Below are positions 31,893 to 42,484 of a DNA stretch of 64,000 nucleotides, in pieces. Numbering within the stretch: the stretch's first letter is position 1; every line of letters starts with the position of its first letter. The position numbers were made by a program, and so were the translations under genes. The stretch spans positions 1,120,001 through 1,184,000 of the forward strand of contig CAXXLZ010000001.1 in assembly GCA_963675595.2 (NCBI GenBank), given 5' to 3'. The DNA comes from Thermodesulfobacteriota bacterium. Lineage in GTDB: Bacteria > Desulfobacterota > Desulfarculia > JACQYL01. The notes beneath the pieces were generated by a model. The model was not told where the DNA came from, searched no databases, and saw only the letters and a program-made list of their open reading frames with translations.

Positions 31893-33203
31893 ATGAAGTC
31901 CCAAACGGTCACTGTCATCGGAGGAGGATTGGCGGGCTCGGAGGCGGCGTGGCAGGCTGCGGAAATGGGCGTCCCCGTCAGACTCTTCGAGATGAAACCC
32001 CACAGATTCTCGCCGGCGCATCAGTCTCACCTGCTGGCGGAATTGGTCTGCTCCAATTCCTTCAGGTCCAATGTGCCCACGTCGGCCGTCGGCCTACTCA
32101 AAGAAGAGCTTCGGGAACTGGGATCCCTTATCCTAAAAATTGCCGACGCCGCCCGAGTACCTGCAGGCAGAGCGCTTTCCGTGGATCGGGAGGAATTCAG
32201 CCGTGAGATAACGCGGACTTTGGAAAGCAGGCGTGAAATCGAGATCATCCGCCGGGAAGTGGGTGAAATCGTCGAGGGGGAAGTGACCGTGATCGCCACC
32301 GGTCCTTTGACCTCCGAGCCCATGCTGGAGGCCCTCCGGGCTCTTGCCGAGCCGCCCAATCTTTACTTCTACGATGCCATCGCACCCATTGTTTACGCGG
32401 ACTCCGTGGATTACTCCAAGGTCTTCAAAGCCTCTCGGTATGAAGAAGGGGAAGGCGATTACATCAACTGTCCCCTCACGGAGGCTCAATACCGGGCCTT
32501 TCTAGAGGCTTTGCTTGCCGCCGAACAGGTCCCTCTGCACGATTTCGAAGACCCCAGATTCTTCGAAGGGTGTTTGCCCATTGAGGTGCCTGCGTCACGG
32601 GGAGTGATGACCTTGGCGTTCGGTCCCATGAAGCCCGTGGGACTGATCGATCCCCGGACCGGACAACGTCCTTATGCGGTGGTTCAGCTCAGGCCTGAGA
32701 ACCGGGAGGGGTCATTATTCAACATGGTGGGATTTCAGACCAAGTTGAAACAAGGCGAGCAGGAAAGAGTGTTTCGGATGATTCCGGGTTTGGAAAACGC
32801 GCGTTTTGCGCGGTTGGGCGGAGTACACCGGAACACCTTTGTTCACGGTCCTAAATGTCTTACCAATACGCTTCAGCTCAAGAATTTCGGCAACGTTCTT
32901 CTTGCCGGACAAATCACCGGAGTTGAAGGCTACGTGGAGTCCACCGCCATGGGACTGCTGGCCGGAGTCAACGCCGCCCGCCTGCACCTGGGGCGACCTC
33001 TCGTGGTTCCCCCCGCCGAAACCGCAATAGGAGCCTTGGTCGGTCACGTGTCCGGCTCCTCCAGTTCCCATTTTCAGCCCATGAATGTCAATTTCGGACT
33101 CTTCCCTCCTCTCGGGCGACGAACTCCCAAAAAGGAACGAGGGTCGGCATACCGCGAGAGGGCTCTACGCAGCCTGGAGGACTGGAAGAGGTCCGCTCTG
33201 TGA
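31893..33203 (+). CDS. trmFO: tRNA (uracil-54) methyltransferase TrmFO
   Basis: [51 protein letters not shown]. Confidence 0.95.
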   Translation: MKSQTVTVIGGGLAGSEAAWQAAEMGVPVRLFEMKPHRFSPAHQSHLLAELVCSNSFRSNVPTSAVGLLKEELRELGSLILKIADAARVPAGRALSVDREEFSREITRTLESRREIEIIRREVGEIVEGEVTVIATGPLTSEPMLEALRALAEPPNLYFYDAIAPIVYADSVDYSKVFKASRYEEGEGDYINCPLTEAQYRAFLEALLAAEQVPLHDFEDPRFFEGCLPIEVPASRGVMTLAFGPMKPVGLIDPRTGQRPYAVVQLRPENREGSLFNMVGFQTKLKQGEQERVFRMIPGLENARFARLGGVHRNTFVHGPKCLTNTLQLKNFGNVLLAGQITGVEGYVESTAMGLLAGVNAARLHLGRPLVVPPAETAIGALVGHVSGSSSSHFQPMNVNFGLFPPLGRRTPKKERGSAYRERALRSLEDWKRSAL

Positions 33204-34126
33204 CCCCGCTCGGGGACTTCATCATGCATCGGGGAGCCCTGGGCGACTGGATCTTGTCTTTGCCTTTGCTCGAAGCGTTGGGTATGCGGTCTGAGAACGC
33301 ACCCACCACCATGGCCGTTAAAAGAGCTTTCATTCCCTTGCTGGAAGGTGTTGAGGCTAAGTTTGTGGGCCTTGATTCGGAGGACTACAGGCTTTCCGCC
33401 TTATGGAGGGAAGGGGGAGCGGAATTAGGCGGTTTGGGACCTTTCAAGCGGGTCTGCGTCTTCGGCCGGCAGGCCGATTCTCTGCTTCTCGAGAATCTAT
33501 CGGCTTGGAGCGAAGAACCTCCTCTGTTTGTTTCAACCTTTCCTGAAGAGGGGCGAAGAATTCACGTCCTGGACCATCAACAGGAAATTATGGAGCGGGT
33601 GGGCTTGGAGCCGGTGGTTCGGCGTCCGAGAATTCTTCCTCCACGTCACCGACTTGACGAGGCGGGAAGGCTTCTCGCCTCCTTGGGAGTGAACGGACGC
33701 CCCATCGCCGTGCATATGGGGAGCGGGGGGGTTCGAAAAAACTGGCCTCCGGAGTGCTTCGAAGCGATGATCCGTACTATCGAGAATCAAGGCCTGGGGG
33801 ATGTGGTCTTGATCGAGGGGCCTGCGGAGCGCTCAAACCATCCGATCCCGGAGGGAGTTCGACGTTTGAGCAATCTTCCTCTGCACCTCCTGGCCGCAGT
33901 GTTGACGGAAAGTTGCTGCTATATAGGGAATGATTCCGGAGTGACACATCTGGCGGCCGCGGTGGGAACACGCACCTTCGCCGTGTTCGGGCCGACGGAC
34001 CCACGCGTGTGGGCCCCACGAGGGTCCCATGTGACCGTGTTGGGCGGTTCGGATTCCGGAGGTTTCCCACTCAAGGAGCAGGTTGTCCGTGAAGTGGGAG
34101 CGAGTGTTTCTCCCCGTTCAATGTGA
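33200..34126 (+). CDS. Glycosyltransferase family 9 (heptosyltransferase-like)
   Basis: [32 protein letters not shown]. Confidence 0.88.
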   Translation: MTPLGDFIMHRGALGDWILSLPLLEALGMRSENAPTTMAVKRAFIPLLEGVEAKFVGLDSEDYRLSALWREGGAELGGLGPFKRVCVFGRQADSLLLENLSAWSEEPPLFVSTFPEEGRRIHVLDHQQEIMERVGLEPVVRRPRILPPRHRLDEAGRLLASLGVNGRPIAVHMGSGGVRKNWPPECFEAMIRTIENQGLGDVVLIEGPAERSNHPIPEGVRRLSNLPLHLLAAVLTESCCYIGNDSGVTHLAAAVGTRTFAVFGPTDPRVWAPRGSHVTVLGGSDSGGFPLKEQVVREVGASVSPRSM

Positions 34127-34553
34127 TCGTGTAATCCCCTTTGCTCTCGTCGTACTCCATGAGCCCCGCCAGAGAATAGTACGCCGGCCGGAGAAATCTT
34201 GCCGGCAGAGCGCCTTGTCTCACCATGGCATACAAGACGTTTTCCTTACCGATCCAAAGAGAATCGGTGTCCAGAACCTCTTCAGTGTCGTCGTTTAGAT
34301 AAACCGTGACGACTTCTTTACCATCCGCCTTGGTGACTTCGATATGCCGAATGACCAGGGGCGTGTCTTCCACGTCCACTTCGCACAGCCGACCCGCCCA
34401 TCGGATCAGATACCGACCTTGCTCGTCTCTGAAGAGATGCTTGTAGAATTCAAGCACAAACTCGCGATGAATCATGGGGCTTCCACGATGGTACCAATTT
34501 CCGTTTTTATCTATGGTAATCAAACACTTGGGTGTTTCTTCCGCAGAGTTCAT
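34071..34553 (-). CDS. DUF1285-like protein
   Basis: IDKNGNWYHRG, VDVEDTP, LNDDTEE, ARFLRPAYY. Confidence 0.7.
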   Translation of the reverse strand: MNSAEETPKCLITIDKNGNWYHRGSPMIHREFVLEFYKHLFRDEQGRYLIRWAGRLCEVDVEDTPLVIRHIEVTKADGKEVVTVYLNDDTEEVLDTDSLWIGKENVLYAMVRQGALPARFLRPAYYSLAGLMEYDESKGDYTITLNGEKHSLPLHGQPAP

Positions 34554-34754
34554 GGAATCATTTCCCTTAAAAGGAGGAAAGGTCCGAAAGACTTGGGCCC
34601 TGTAGGCACGGAAACGGCGCAAGACTCCGCCGGTGCGCCGAGCAAACGGATGCAACTCGCACTTCGGAGCGACGGAATAGGGAAGAGTCGGGCCGACTCT
34701 CTATGACTCGCCGTTGACATTGGTCACTCCGCCTTGCCGGTATGGCCGGACGGC

Positions 34755-35204
34755 TCAGAACAGCCTTCCGCTATCGAGCAGGAAAGTCACCGGCCCGTCG
34801 TTGATTAGGTGGACATCCATCATGGCCTGAAAGCGGCCGGTATCTACGCGAATGCCCTTTCCTTTCATGCCGTCGACGAAGTATTGATAAAGCCGCTCGG
34901 CTTCGTCCGGCGGCGCGGCCTGGGTGAAGGAAGGCCTCCGCCCTTTACGGCAGTCTCCCCAAAGGGTGAATTGGGAAACCACCAATGCCGAAAGGTTGCG
35001 ATCCAGCAGTGAGTGGTTCATCTTTCCGTCGTCGTCTTCAAATATGCGTAAATGGATTGTTTTTTCCACAAGATAGTCGGCATCCTTTTCAGTGTCGTCG
35101 CGGCCGATTCCCAGAAAGATGAGGAGACCCGAACCAATGCGCCCGACGCATTCTTCCTTCACCATTACCCAGGCGTTCTCCACTCTTTGCAGCACAGCCC
35201 TCAT
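34755..35204 (-). CDS. dtd: D-aminoacyl-tRNA deacylase
   Basis: [29 protein letters not shown]. Confidence 0.95.
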   Translation of the reverse strand: MRAVLQRVENAWVMVKEECVGRIGSGLLIFLGIGRDDTEKDADYLVEKTIHLRIFEDDDGKMNHSLLDRNLSALVVSQFTLWGDCRKGRRPSFTQAAPPDEAERLYQYFVDGMKGKGIRVDTGRFQAMMDVHLINDGPVTFLLDSGRLF

Positions 35205-35372
35205 GTCGGTCCTCCCGTCGGATCTTCGGAATTCGTCTCCGACCGTTCCTTTGCCGTGGTCAACGTTTTCGTGCCTGTTTAGCCATTTTGCCTCGAAGAC
35301 ACAAGCGGTTTTCGACATTGGGACTGCGACCAAACGCTTGAGAAGCCATGGATCCACTCATAGAATGCGGCC

Positions 35373-36716
35373 ATGAACACACCCCTCATTCTGTTGGTCA
35401 ATCCTTGGATCTACGATTTCGCCGCGTATGACCTCTGGGCGAAGCCTCTGGGACTTCTGTATCTCGCGGGAATCCTCCGTTCGCGGGGCTTTCGACTCCG
35501 TTACTGGGACGGCATGGATCCCTTTTCCTTTCCACACGACGGATCTCACCCCACCATGCGGGCATACGGCACGGGGAAGTTCCTTCGGGAAGAGGTGGCT
35601 CCGCCGAAACCTTTGAGCTCGATTGGGAGACGCTACTTCCGCTACGGTTTCTCTCCACAGGTATTTCAAGATTTTCTGGAATCGTTGCGCATCGACCCAC
35701 CGGATGCCGTTTTTGTGACTTCCATCATGACGTATTGGTATCCGGGCGTTTTTGAAGCCATTGGAATGATACGGAAGGTCTTTCCAAAGGTCCCGGTGCT
35801 TCTGGGAGGCATCTACGCCACGTTGTGCACGGAGCATGCCCTGAAAGGGGCGCAGGCGGATCGGGTGGTCAGGGGTCCGGGTGAGAGCGAGGTCCTGAAA
35901 TACTTAGACTCATCTCTTAAGTTATCACCTGAACCACCTGAAAATGAAGAACTATTTTCAGTGTACCCATCGCTCGATTTGATTTGCCGTCCCCGGTACA
36001 TTTGCATGCTCACCAGCCGAGGCTGCCCTTATCATTGTCACTATTGCGCCTCCAAAGAGCTTTTCTCCGGGTTTCTGGAGCGGGAACCGGAACAAATCTA
36101 TGGGGAGCTGAATTACTGGGTGAAGACCCTCGGCGTGACGGACGTGGCGTTCTACGACGACGCTCTTTTGGTCAACGGCAAGAGCAGGATCGAGCCTTTT
36201 CTAAGTCGGGTGGCGGCCGAAGGACCCCGAGTGCGATTCCATGCGCCCAACGGCATGCACTTGAACCGAATCACTCCGCCTCTGGCTCGAATGCTCATGA
36301 AATCCGGATTCGAGACGCTGAGGTTCGGGTATGAGTCATCGGATCACGATTGGCACGCCCGGACCGGCGGGAAATTAAGGAGCGGAGACTTAGGGCGGAG
36401 CCTGGGATACTTGAAGAGTGCCGGCTTTGGTCGGGAGCAGTTGGGGTTCTATATTCTTATGGGGTTGCCGGGTCAGTCGCCGCGACAGGTGGAGGCAAGT
36501 ATCAGGGATATCAAAGAAGCCGGGGGGTCGCCCATGACCGCCGAGTATTCCCCCATTCCGGGCTCCGCCATGTGGGCCGAGGCTCTTAAAACCGCAAGAT
36601 ACGACATTGAAGCGGAACCTCTGTTCCATAACAACACGTTGATGTCCTGTGCGGCCTCCGGGTTCACCCCGGACAGAATTCGGGAACTCAAGAACTTGAA
36701 AAAGGGTGTCACCTGA
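35373..36716 (+). CDS. B12-binding domain radical SAM protein
   Basis: KPLGLLY, GGIYATL, TSRGCPYHCHYC (CxxxCxxC). Confidence 0.9.
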   Translation: MNTPLILLVNPWIYDFAAYDLWAKPLGLLYLAGILRSRGFRLRYWDGMDPFSFPHDGSHPTMRAYGTGKFLREEVAPPKPLSSIGRRYFRYGFSPQVFQDFLESLRIDPPDAVFVTSIMTYWYPGVFEAIGMIRKVFPKVPVLLGGIYATLCTEHALKGAQADRVVRGPGESEVLKYLDSSLKLSPEPPENEELFSVYPSLDLICRPRYICMLTSRGCPYHCHYCASKELFSGFLEREPEQIYGELNYWVKTLGVTDVAFYDDALLVNGKSRIEPFLSRVAAEGPRVRFHAPNGMHLNRITPPLARMLMKSGFETLRFGYESSDHDWHARTGGKLRSGDLGRSLGYLKSAGFGREQLGFYILMGLPGQSPRQVEASIRDIKEAGGSPMTAEYSPIPGSAMWAEALKTARYDIEAEPLFHNNTLMSCAASGFTPDRIRELKNLKKGVT

Positions 36717-36947
36717 GGGCCGCGAACTCGCTGAGCGATGGATCGAAAGCGGTCTCCTGGAGATGAAGTCGCTTTGCACCGGACAGGTAAAAGGGCGGTG
36801 AAGAACCGAACATTTGCTCGGCCGCCCGGACGTTTCGGATTTGCCGGAGATTCGAAGATCGCTGACAAGCGCGGTGGCGAAAGTGTTTTCGCTCTCACGC
36901 GCACCGGTTGGGGTAACCGGCTGCGGTGCGAGCGGGACGGAGGTTGG

Positions 36948-37184
36948 CTACCAAAGATAGAAGTCGTACAGGTCCCAGTGATCCTCTCTGCTGCACAAAA
37001 TGTCGGGAGGGTCGTAGCTCCTGATGAAGGGGCAGGACTTGCCGCAGGAAAAAGTCCTCCATTTGTTCCGTACGGCTTGGTCGAGACACTGATCGTAGGC
37101 GATGCAATAAAGGTTGCGCCTGCCGCTTCGCGCCTCGGGAGCCGGGATCGGCCATCGTCTTCGGATGGGGACGCAGGCGGAAAT
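36948..37184 (-). CDS. Small Cys-rich protein (start uncertain)
   Basis: RNLYCIAYDQCLDQAVRNKWRTFSCGKSCP; strong AAGGAGGT SD 7 nt before in-frame ATT at 37184; alternative ATG at 37268. Confidence 0.55.
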   Translation of the reverse strand: MSACVPIRRRWPIPAPEARSGRRNLYCIAYDQCLDQAVRNKWRTFSCGKSCPFIRSYDPPDILCSREDHWDLYDFYLW

Positions 37185-37379
37185 AGGAACCACCTCCTTT
37201 GGGGGAAAAAAGGTGAGGTCATTGGTTTTCCCACAAAGTCTGATACACCTATGATAGGATACTGGCATGAAATCGGTGTGACGTCAATGAGTAATTTTCT
37301 TGCCCTTCCGCCGGGCCCTGTTCGGTAAGCGCTTTCTTTCATTCACCTTCGGTGGATCCCCCCGAAATTTCGCCTCGGT

Positions 37380-38153
37380 TCAACCGAATTTCACCCCGAA
37401 AAAACGCTCCGTGTTCGACTTGCTTACCCGGGCCGCTTCCTCAACCGAACATCCGTAGATTTCCGCAACCAGACGCAAGGTGTCGAGCACGTTCACGGGG
37501 CGTGACGGCCCTTGCCCGAAGTCCACGGGGGCATCTGTCTCCAACAATAGCGCTTCCCGCGGAGCCCGTCGCACCGCCTCGCGATGCGCTTCGCTATAAG
37601 CCAGAGCGGGGGTCGCGGAAATGAAATAGCCTTCATCGAGCAGTGCCGCCAACACGTCTGAAGGGCCGGAATACCAATGAAATACGGCCTTCCTGATCGC
37701 CGATTCACGCAGCATCTCCAGACATCGCGCATGAGAATATCTTGAGTGAACGATCACCGGTTTCCCGAAACGGCGAGCGGACTCCAACAACCGGCTGAAG
37801 ACCTGTTTCTGTAGGGCCTTCGTCGCATGGTATTTGTAATCCAAACCCACTTCCCCCAACGCTAGAGCGGAGGGAAGTCGTTGAATGAGGCGTTCCGTTT
37901 CGTATTCCCAGGATTCCGGTTTAACCATCCATGGATGCAGCCCCACAGCGACGTGCACAAATCCGGGGTGCTTCTCCGCAAGTTCCATGATCCTGCGGTT
38001 GCCCACTTCCTCCATTCCGACTCCGACAACAGCCGCAACACCCGCCTTGCGTGCCTCCTCAAGGTGTTGCTCCACTTCGGGAATGCGATCCAGATGGACG
38101 TGACCGTCCACGATCCCCAAACCAGTTCCCCCGTCATTTGCCGTAATCTCCAA
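37380..38153 (-). CDS. tatD: TatD family hydrolase
   Basis: DGHVH, GLHP, GEVGLD, HSR, FHW, LETDAP; TTG start after AAGGAG. Confidence 0.9.
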   Translation of the reverse strand: MEITANDGGTGLGIVDGHVHLDRIPEVEQHLEEARKAGVAAVVGVGMEEVGNRRIMELAEKHPGFVHVAVGLHPWMVKPESWEYETERLIQRLPSALALGEVGLDYKYHATKALQKQVFSRLLESARRFGKPVIVHSRYSHARCLEMLRESAIRKAVFHWYSGPSDVLAALLDEGYFISATPALAYSEAHREAVRRAPREALLLETDAPVDFGQGPSRPVNVLDTLRLVAEIYGCSVEEAARVSKSNTERFFGVKFG

Positions 38154-38398
38154 ACCGGACTCCTTTATGGATCGTGAGTTACCCTCCTTTTTTCGATTCA
38201 CTGCGCCCGTCGGACCGGAATGCGGAAAGAAGGATGGAGGACTTCATAGCGCGCTGCGGCGCCCATGTTACGGGCATCATACCGAATCGGCACAATTCTG
38301 AAAATCAGGAATGGTCCCGGCGGGAGTGGGAGGCGACCGTGCGGAAGAATAGGGGAATTATTCGGTGTTTGGGCCTTGGTAGGCAGGGATGCGGGAGT

Positions 38399-39187
38399 TC
38401 ACAGATACCGCTTGCCCATGCCCTTCATGTTGATCCGATAGCCGATGTTTGCTTGGGAAACCGGCGTGTCCTTCAATTCAAAAGGCCCGCGTTTCGCTTG
38501 AAAGCGAGCGTTTTCCGAGCCGGCGTCCTCCACGGAATAAGAGGTTTGGATGAAACCGGGGTCCGGCGAGTCTTCTTTCTTGGTATGCAGGAGAGTCAGC
38601 AGGGTAAAGGCGGTTGCCGTGCGCCCGTTGTCCATTTCGAGAAAAGCCCGACGACTTTCTTGGGCCACGGAGAAGCGAAAGCTTTTGTTTCCCTGGTCGG
38701 AACCGGCGGCATTCATACCCCGGGTGATGTCCAAAGTGACGTTGGACACCGTCACCAAGTCCCGTGCTTCTTTCAGCGCTTCTTCTTGCTCCTCGGTCCT
38801 GGGGAAGACTTCATTGAGCGCGGTGAGAGGATCGTCGCTGTTGTCGGCGTCGCCCGACATTGTTCCGGATATGAGCGCTTCTAAGAGCCCTTCGGAAATG
38901 CCCCGTATCAGGTCTTCCCCGCCGGAGGACGGCTCTTTGGCCTTCAGCTCACGGAGCGCTCTGAGCAGTTCCTCAAAGTCGGAAGGTTGAGAGACGTCGT
39001 CCGGGGCGGACACCGGGGGCTTACTGTTTTGCGAATCGGTTGTCGGACCCGCCGATAGGCTGACCCGGTCTTTCGGACCCGTCGAGGCGTCATCCGGGGT
39101 CTGCTTCACCGGCCTTTCGGCCTCACCCGTGATCGAAGGGGTCTCTCTCCCCGTGAAGAGCTGCTGCAATAGGTTGACGGGATCCAT
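38399..39187 (-). CDS. Hypothetical low-complexity protein (262 aa)
   Basis: ATG 39187 after GGAAAGGA; DRVSLS motif; C-terminal IGYRINMKG; sigma28 promoter upstream. Confidence 0.65.
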   Translation of the reverse strand: MDPVNLLQQLFTGRETPSITGEAERPVKQTPDDASTGPKDRVSLSAGPTTDSQNSKPPVSAPDDVSQPSDFEELLRALRELKAKEPSSGGEDLIRGISEGLLEALISGTMSGDADNSDDPLTALNEVFPRTEEQEEALKEARDLVTVSNVTLDITRGMNAAGSDQGNKSFRFSVAQESRRAFLEMDNGRTATAFTLLTLLHTKKEDSPDPGFIQTSYSVEDAGSENARFQAKRGPFELKDTPVSQANIGYRINMKGMGKRYL

Positions 39188-39250
39188 GGTCCTTTCCGTG
39201 AATAGGCGATGAACTTCTTCGCCTTGCATGGAGGAAAGCGCTTGGTTCAA

Positions 39251-39277
39251 TTATCGGCATGAGGGTGCAATACTTGA
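39251..39277 (-). promoter_or_regulatory. sigma28 (FliA) promoter
   Basis: TCAAG-N14-GCCGATAA on the minus strand. Confidence 0.75.
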
Positions 39278-39383
39278 GGCAATAACACGGAGGCTGCAGG
39301 AGAACTCAGCGGAGAATTACCTGGAATCCATAGGACCGAGAGAATAGGGATGGTAGAAGCATCGTCGACTTCCGAAACAACAG

Positions 39384-39920
39384 CTATCCCCCTTTGATTT
39401 GGGAACCGGTCCCCCCTCCAAACATAGAGGCGGCTTCTCCGGTGGGATCGGAAGCCTGTGTGACGGCATTGGCCGCTTGGGTTGCCGCGGCTTCGTCTTC
39501 CCCGTTCCCCTCTCCACGGGGATCTTCCGAATGCTCTCCGGATGCCGAAGGATCAAAGAAAGAAGTCGCTACCGCGTGTTTGGGAACCAAGGGAGAGTCG
39601 GACATGTCGAGGTCGGCACCGGTGTCCCCCGAGGTGACGGGGTGGACGTCGTTTTGGAAGCTCGAGCCGCCGAGCGCCAGCTCAAGATTGAAAGTCATGT
39701 TCTCGAATTGAGTCGATGTAAACTGGGACTTCCGAATTTCGTCAAGGACGGCAAGATACAAGGCTTCTTCAATGGCTTCTTTACGGGACTCGTTCCCATT
39801 GGAGGAAGAAAGGCTCACCACGTCCTCCGGGGGAGCTTCCCCGGCGGAGACGGTCGTCGTCGATTGGGGCTGCAGCGGCGCGGCCGGAGGCGCCCCTCGC
39901 CTGATTTCGGTGAGTTCCAT
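39384..39920 (-). CDS. Hypothetical low-complexity protein (178 aa)
   Basis: ATG 39920 after AGGGAG; DVVSLS motif; acidic S/T/A-rich; C-terminal GGTGSQIKG. Confidence 0.6.
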   Translation of the reverse strand: MELTEIRRGAPPAAPLQPQSTTTVSAGEAPPEDVVSLSSSNGNESRKEAIEEALYLAVLDEIRKSQFTSTQFENMTFNLELALGGSSFQNDVHPVTSGDTGADLDMSDSPLVPKHAVATSFFDPSASGEHSEDPRGEGNGEDEAAATQAANAVTQASDPTGEAASMFGGGTGSQIKGG

Positions 39921-40234
39921 GTTTATCTCCCTGATTCGGTGGACTTTGAGCCGTTCGCCTTCAACAGGTACCGAGATGCCTCGGAAGGAAAACCCATGAA
40001 ATGATTCCATCGAAATAGAACTTCACATAAAGATACATCGGCCTGTGTGAGATTGTCAAATATCTACGGTTTGAGAACGAGAAACGGAAGAGAGAGGGCC
40101 GACTTGACCTGCCGAACGGGAGAGGGTGATCAGAAAAACCAGGTTTGGCAAAGCGCGGAGATGCCGGCTTGCGGAGATTTTGAGGGTATCACCCGCCCGG
40201 ATTCCGTGTGTGATCTTCCTGACTCCCGGCGGTG

Positions 40235-40266
40235 AAAAAAAGGGACCCCTATAAGGGGCCCCTTTT
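40235..40266 (-). terminator. Terminator of fhs (potentially bidirectional)
   Basis: A7-GGGACCCCT-ATA-AGGGGCCCC-TTTT. Confidence 0.7.
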
Positions 40267-40308
40267 ATGTTCGAGTGCGAAATCTCGTTTGTTTCGTTCA
40301 GATTCCGC

Positions 40309-42072
40309 TTAGAACAGGCCTTTGACCTTCCCGGCGTCCACGTCCACGTCCACGCGACGGAAGGCGGGGTCGGAAGCTGTTCCGGGCATCAGGGTAATGG
40401 CACCGGCCACCGGCACCACGAACCCGGCGCCGCCGTAGGTCAGGATATCTCTCACGAACAACCGCCAGTTCTTGGGCACGCCCTTGATGGCGGGATTGTC
40501 GCTGAGGGAGAGGTGAGTCTTGACCATGCAGGTTCCCAACTTGGAAAGGACGGGGTCCTTTTCGATCTTTTCCGCTCTCGCGGCGGCGGCGGGGGAGTAA
40601 TCCACGCCGTCGGCGCCGTACACCTTGGTGGCCATCAGTTCAAGGCGCTGACGCAGGGGAAGTTCCAGGTCGTACAGGAACTTGAAGTTGTTTTCTTCCT
40701 TGCACGCGTCCACAACCGCATCGGCGAATTCGAGTGCGCCGTCGCCGCCCTTTTCCCAGTGACGGCTGAGGGCCACGCGGGCGCCTGCCGCTTCGGCGAT
40801 ACGGCGTACGGCCTTAATTTCGTTGTCCGTATCGGTGTAGAAGGCGTTGATGCACACCACGGGATTGATCCCGGCGGTCTTGACGGTGTTGATGTGGTGC
40901 ACCAAGTTGGCGCAACCGGCTTCCACCCAACCCACGTTTTCGCTGCTGTACTCTTGAGGCATGGGACGGCCGGGAACCGGGATGGGGGCGCCGCCGTGGC
41001 ACTTGAGGGCCCGGATGGTGGCGACGATCACCGCACAATGGGGCTTGAGGCCGCTGAAACGGCATTTGAGGTTCCAGAACTTCTCAAAACCGATATCCGC
41101 TCCGAATCCGGATTCCGTCACATGGTAATCGCTCAGTTTCAAGGCCACGCGGTCGGCGATGATGGAGCTTTGACCGATGGCGATGTTGGCGAAGGGACCG
41201 GCGTGCACGAATACCGGCTGACCTTCCAAAGACTGAAGCAGGTTGGGATTGAGGGCTTCAAGCATCCAGGCGGTCATGGCGCCGTCGACTTCCAGGTCGC
41301 CCGTGGTGACCGGGTCGCCCTTCTTGTTGTAAGCCACTACGATCTTGCCCATACGTTCCCGCATGTCCTTGAGATCGCGTGCCACTGCGAGGATGGCCAT
41401 GATTTCGGAGGAGACGGCGATACCGAACTTGGACTGCATCATGAAGCCGTCCATCTTGCCGCCCATACCGATGATGATGTTCCGGAGAGCCTGTGCGCAA
41501 AAGTCGATGATCCAGCCCATTTCGACGTTTCTGGGATCGATGTTCAGTCTGGGCTGGTTCCGCTTGGCCCACTGTTCGTCGTCATAGTTGGATTCGTGCT
41601 GCATCCTGGCGGTGAGAGCGACCATGGCCAGGTTGTGAGCGTTCATGATGGCATTGATGTCGCCGGTAAGACCGAGGGAGAAGGGGGTCAACGGGATGCA
41701 CTGCGCCAAACCGCCGCCCGCGGCACTGCCCTTGATGTTCATGGTGGGACCGCCGGAAGGTTGCCGAATGGCCGCGGTCACGTTCATGCCGCGCTTTCCG
41801 AGGCCCTGGACGAGGCCCATGGTCGAGGTGGACTTGCCTTCGCCCAGCGGGGTCGGGGTGATCGCGGTGACGTCGATGTACTTGCCGTCAGGCCGATCTT
41901 TGAGGCGTTCGAGGACCTTCTTGAAATCCACTTTGGCCACATAATGACCGTGGGGAAGAAGCTCTTCCTTGTCGAGCCCCAGCTCTTCCGCGAGCTGGTC
42001 GACTTTCTTCATCCGGGACTCCGCCTCTTCTGCAATTTCCCAGTCCGCATGTTTGGTTGGATCCAGCGCCAT
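40309..42072 (-). CDS. fhs: Formate-tetrahydrofolate ligase
   Basis: [51 protein letters not shown]. Confidence 0.96.
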   Translation of the reverse strand: MALDPTKHADWEIAEEAESRMKKVDQLAEELGLDKEELLPHGHYVAKVDFKKVLERLKDRPDGKYIDVTAITPTPLGEGKSTSTMGLVQGLGKRGMNVTAAIRQPSGGPTMNIKGSAAGGGLAQCIPLTPFSLGLTGDINAIMNAHNLAMVALTARMQHESNYDDEQWAKRNQPRLNIDPRNVEMGWIIDFCAQALRNIIIGMGGKMDGFMMQSKFGIAVSSEIMAILAVARDLKDMRERMGKIVVAYNKKGDPVTTGDLEVDGAMTAWMLEALNPNLLQSLEGQPVFVHAGPFANIAIGQSSIIADRVALKLSDYHVTESGFGADIGFEKFWNLKCRFSGLKPHCAVIVATIRALKCHGGAPIPVPGRPMPQEYSSENVGWVEAGCANLVHHINTVKTAGINPVVCINAFYTDTDNEIKAVRRIAEAAGARVALSRHWEKGGDGALEFADAVVDACKEENNFKFLYDLELPLRQRLELMATKVYGADGVDYSPAAAARAEKIEKDPVLSKLGTCMVKTHLSLSDNPAIKGVPKNWRLFVRDILTYGGAGFVVPVAGAITLMPGTASDPAFRRVDVDVDAGKVKGLF

Positions 42073-42264
42073 AAATGCTCCTCCTTACGATGTCTTTTCT
42101 CCTGGTGGTTGTTACACGCGCAAATTGCATTAATTTGCTAAAATCATCACAAGAACGCCCGAGAACAGACGTCTCCTGTCGGGGACTGACGCCTTCCTCG
42201 TAGCATGGGTTCTTTTCTTTAACAATTTCGGGATTATCCAACGACAATATCCCAAATTTGCCGA

Positions 42265-42369
42265 ACTATATCCAAAGAACCTTTTTTTTGTCAAGTGAAA
42301 AGCGGAACGAGACTTGCTCTGGGGGCGCAATTACCCGCGGTTGACACGAGGCATTCCGCCTCCTATAAA
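42265..42369. promoter_or_regulatory. Divergent sigma70 promoters for fhs and ABC operon
   Basis: Minus: TTGACA-N18-TATAGT (42294-42265); plus: TTGACA-N17-TATAAA (42341-42369). Confidence 0.6.
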
Positions 42370-42484
42370 TAGTTTTCATTCGGTGCCCCCAACCCATTGG
42401 TTTCAAAGCTTATCCCGCACTGGAATCCGAGGCGACCGGCGAAAACGCTTCTCCAATTCCATTGCTCGGTCTCCGGTAGCCCTT

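Noticed and set aside
40267-42141. 624-aa + strand ORF
   Set aside because: Antisense shadow of fhs, an expected result of biased codon usage; no motifs. The same applies to 3411-4949, 13326-14813, 25346-26884, 29672-30760 and 46535-48241.
42073-42260. ZTP or THF riboswitch before fhs
   Set aside because: Consensus elements not found by eye.
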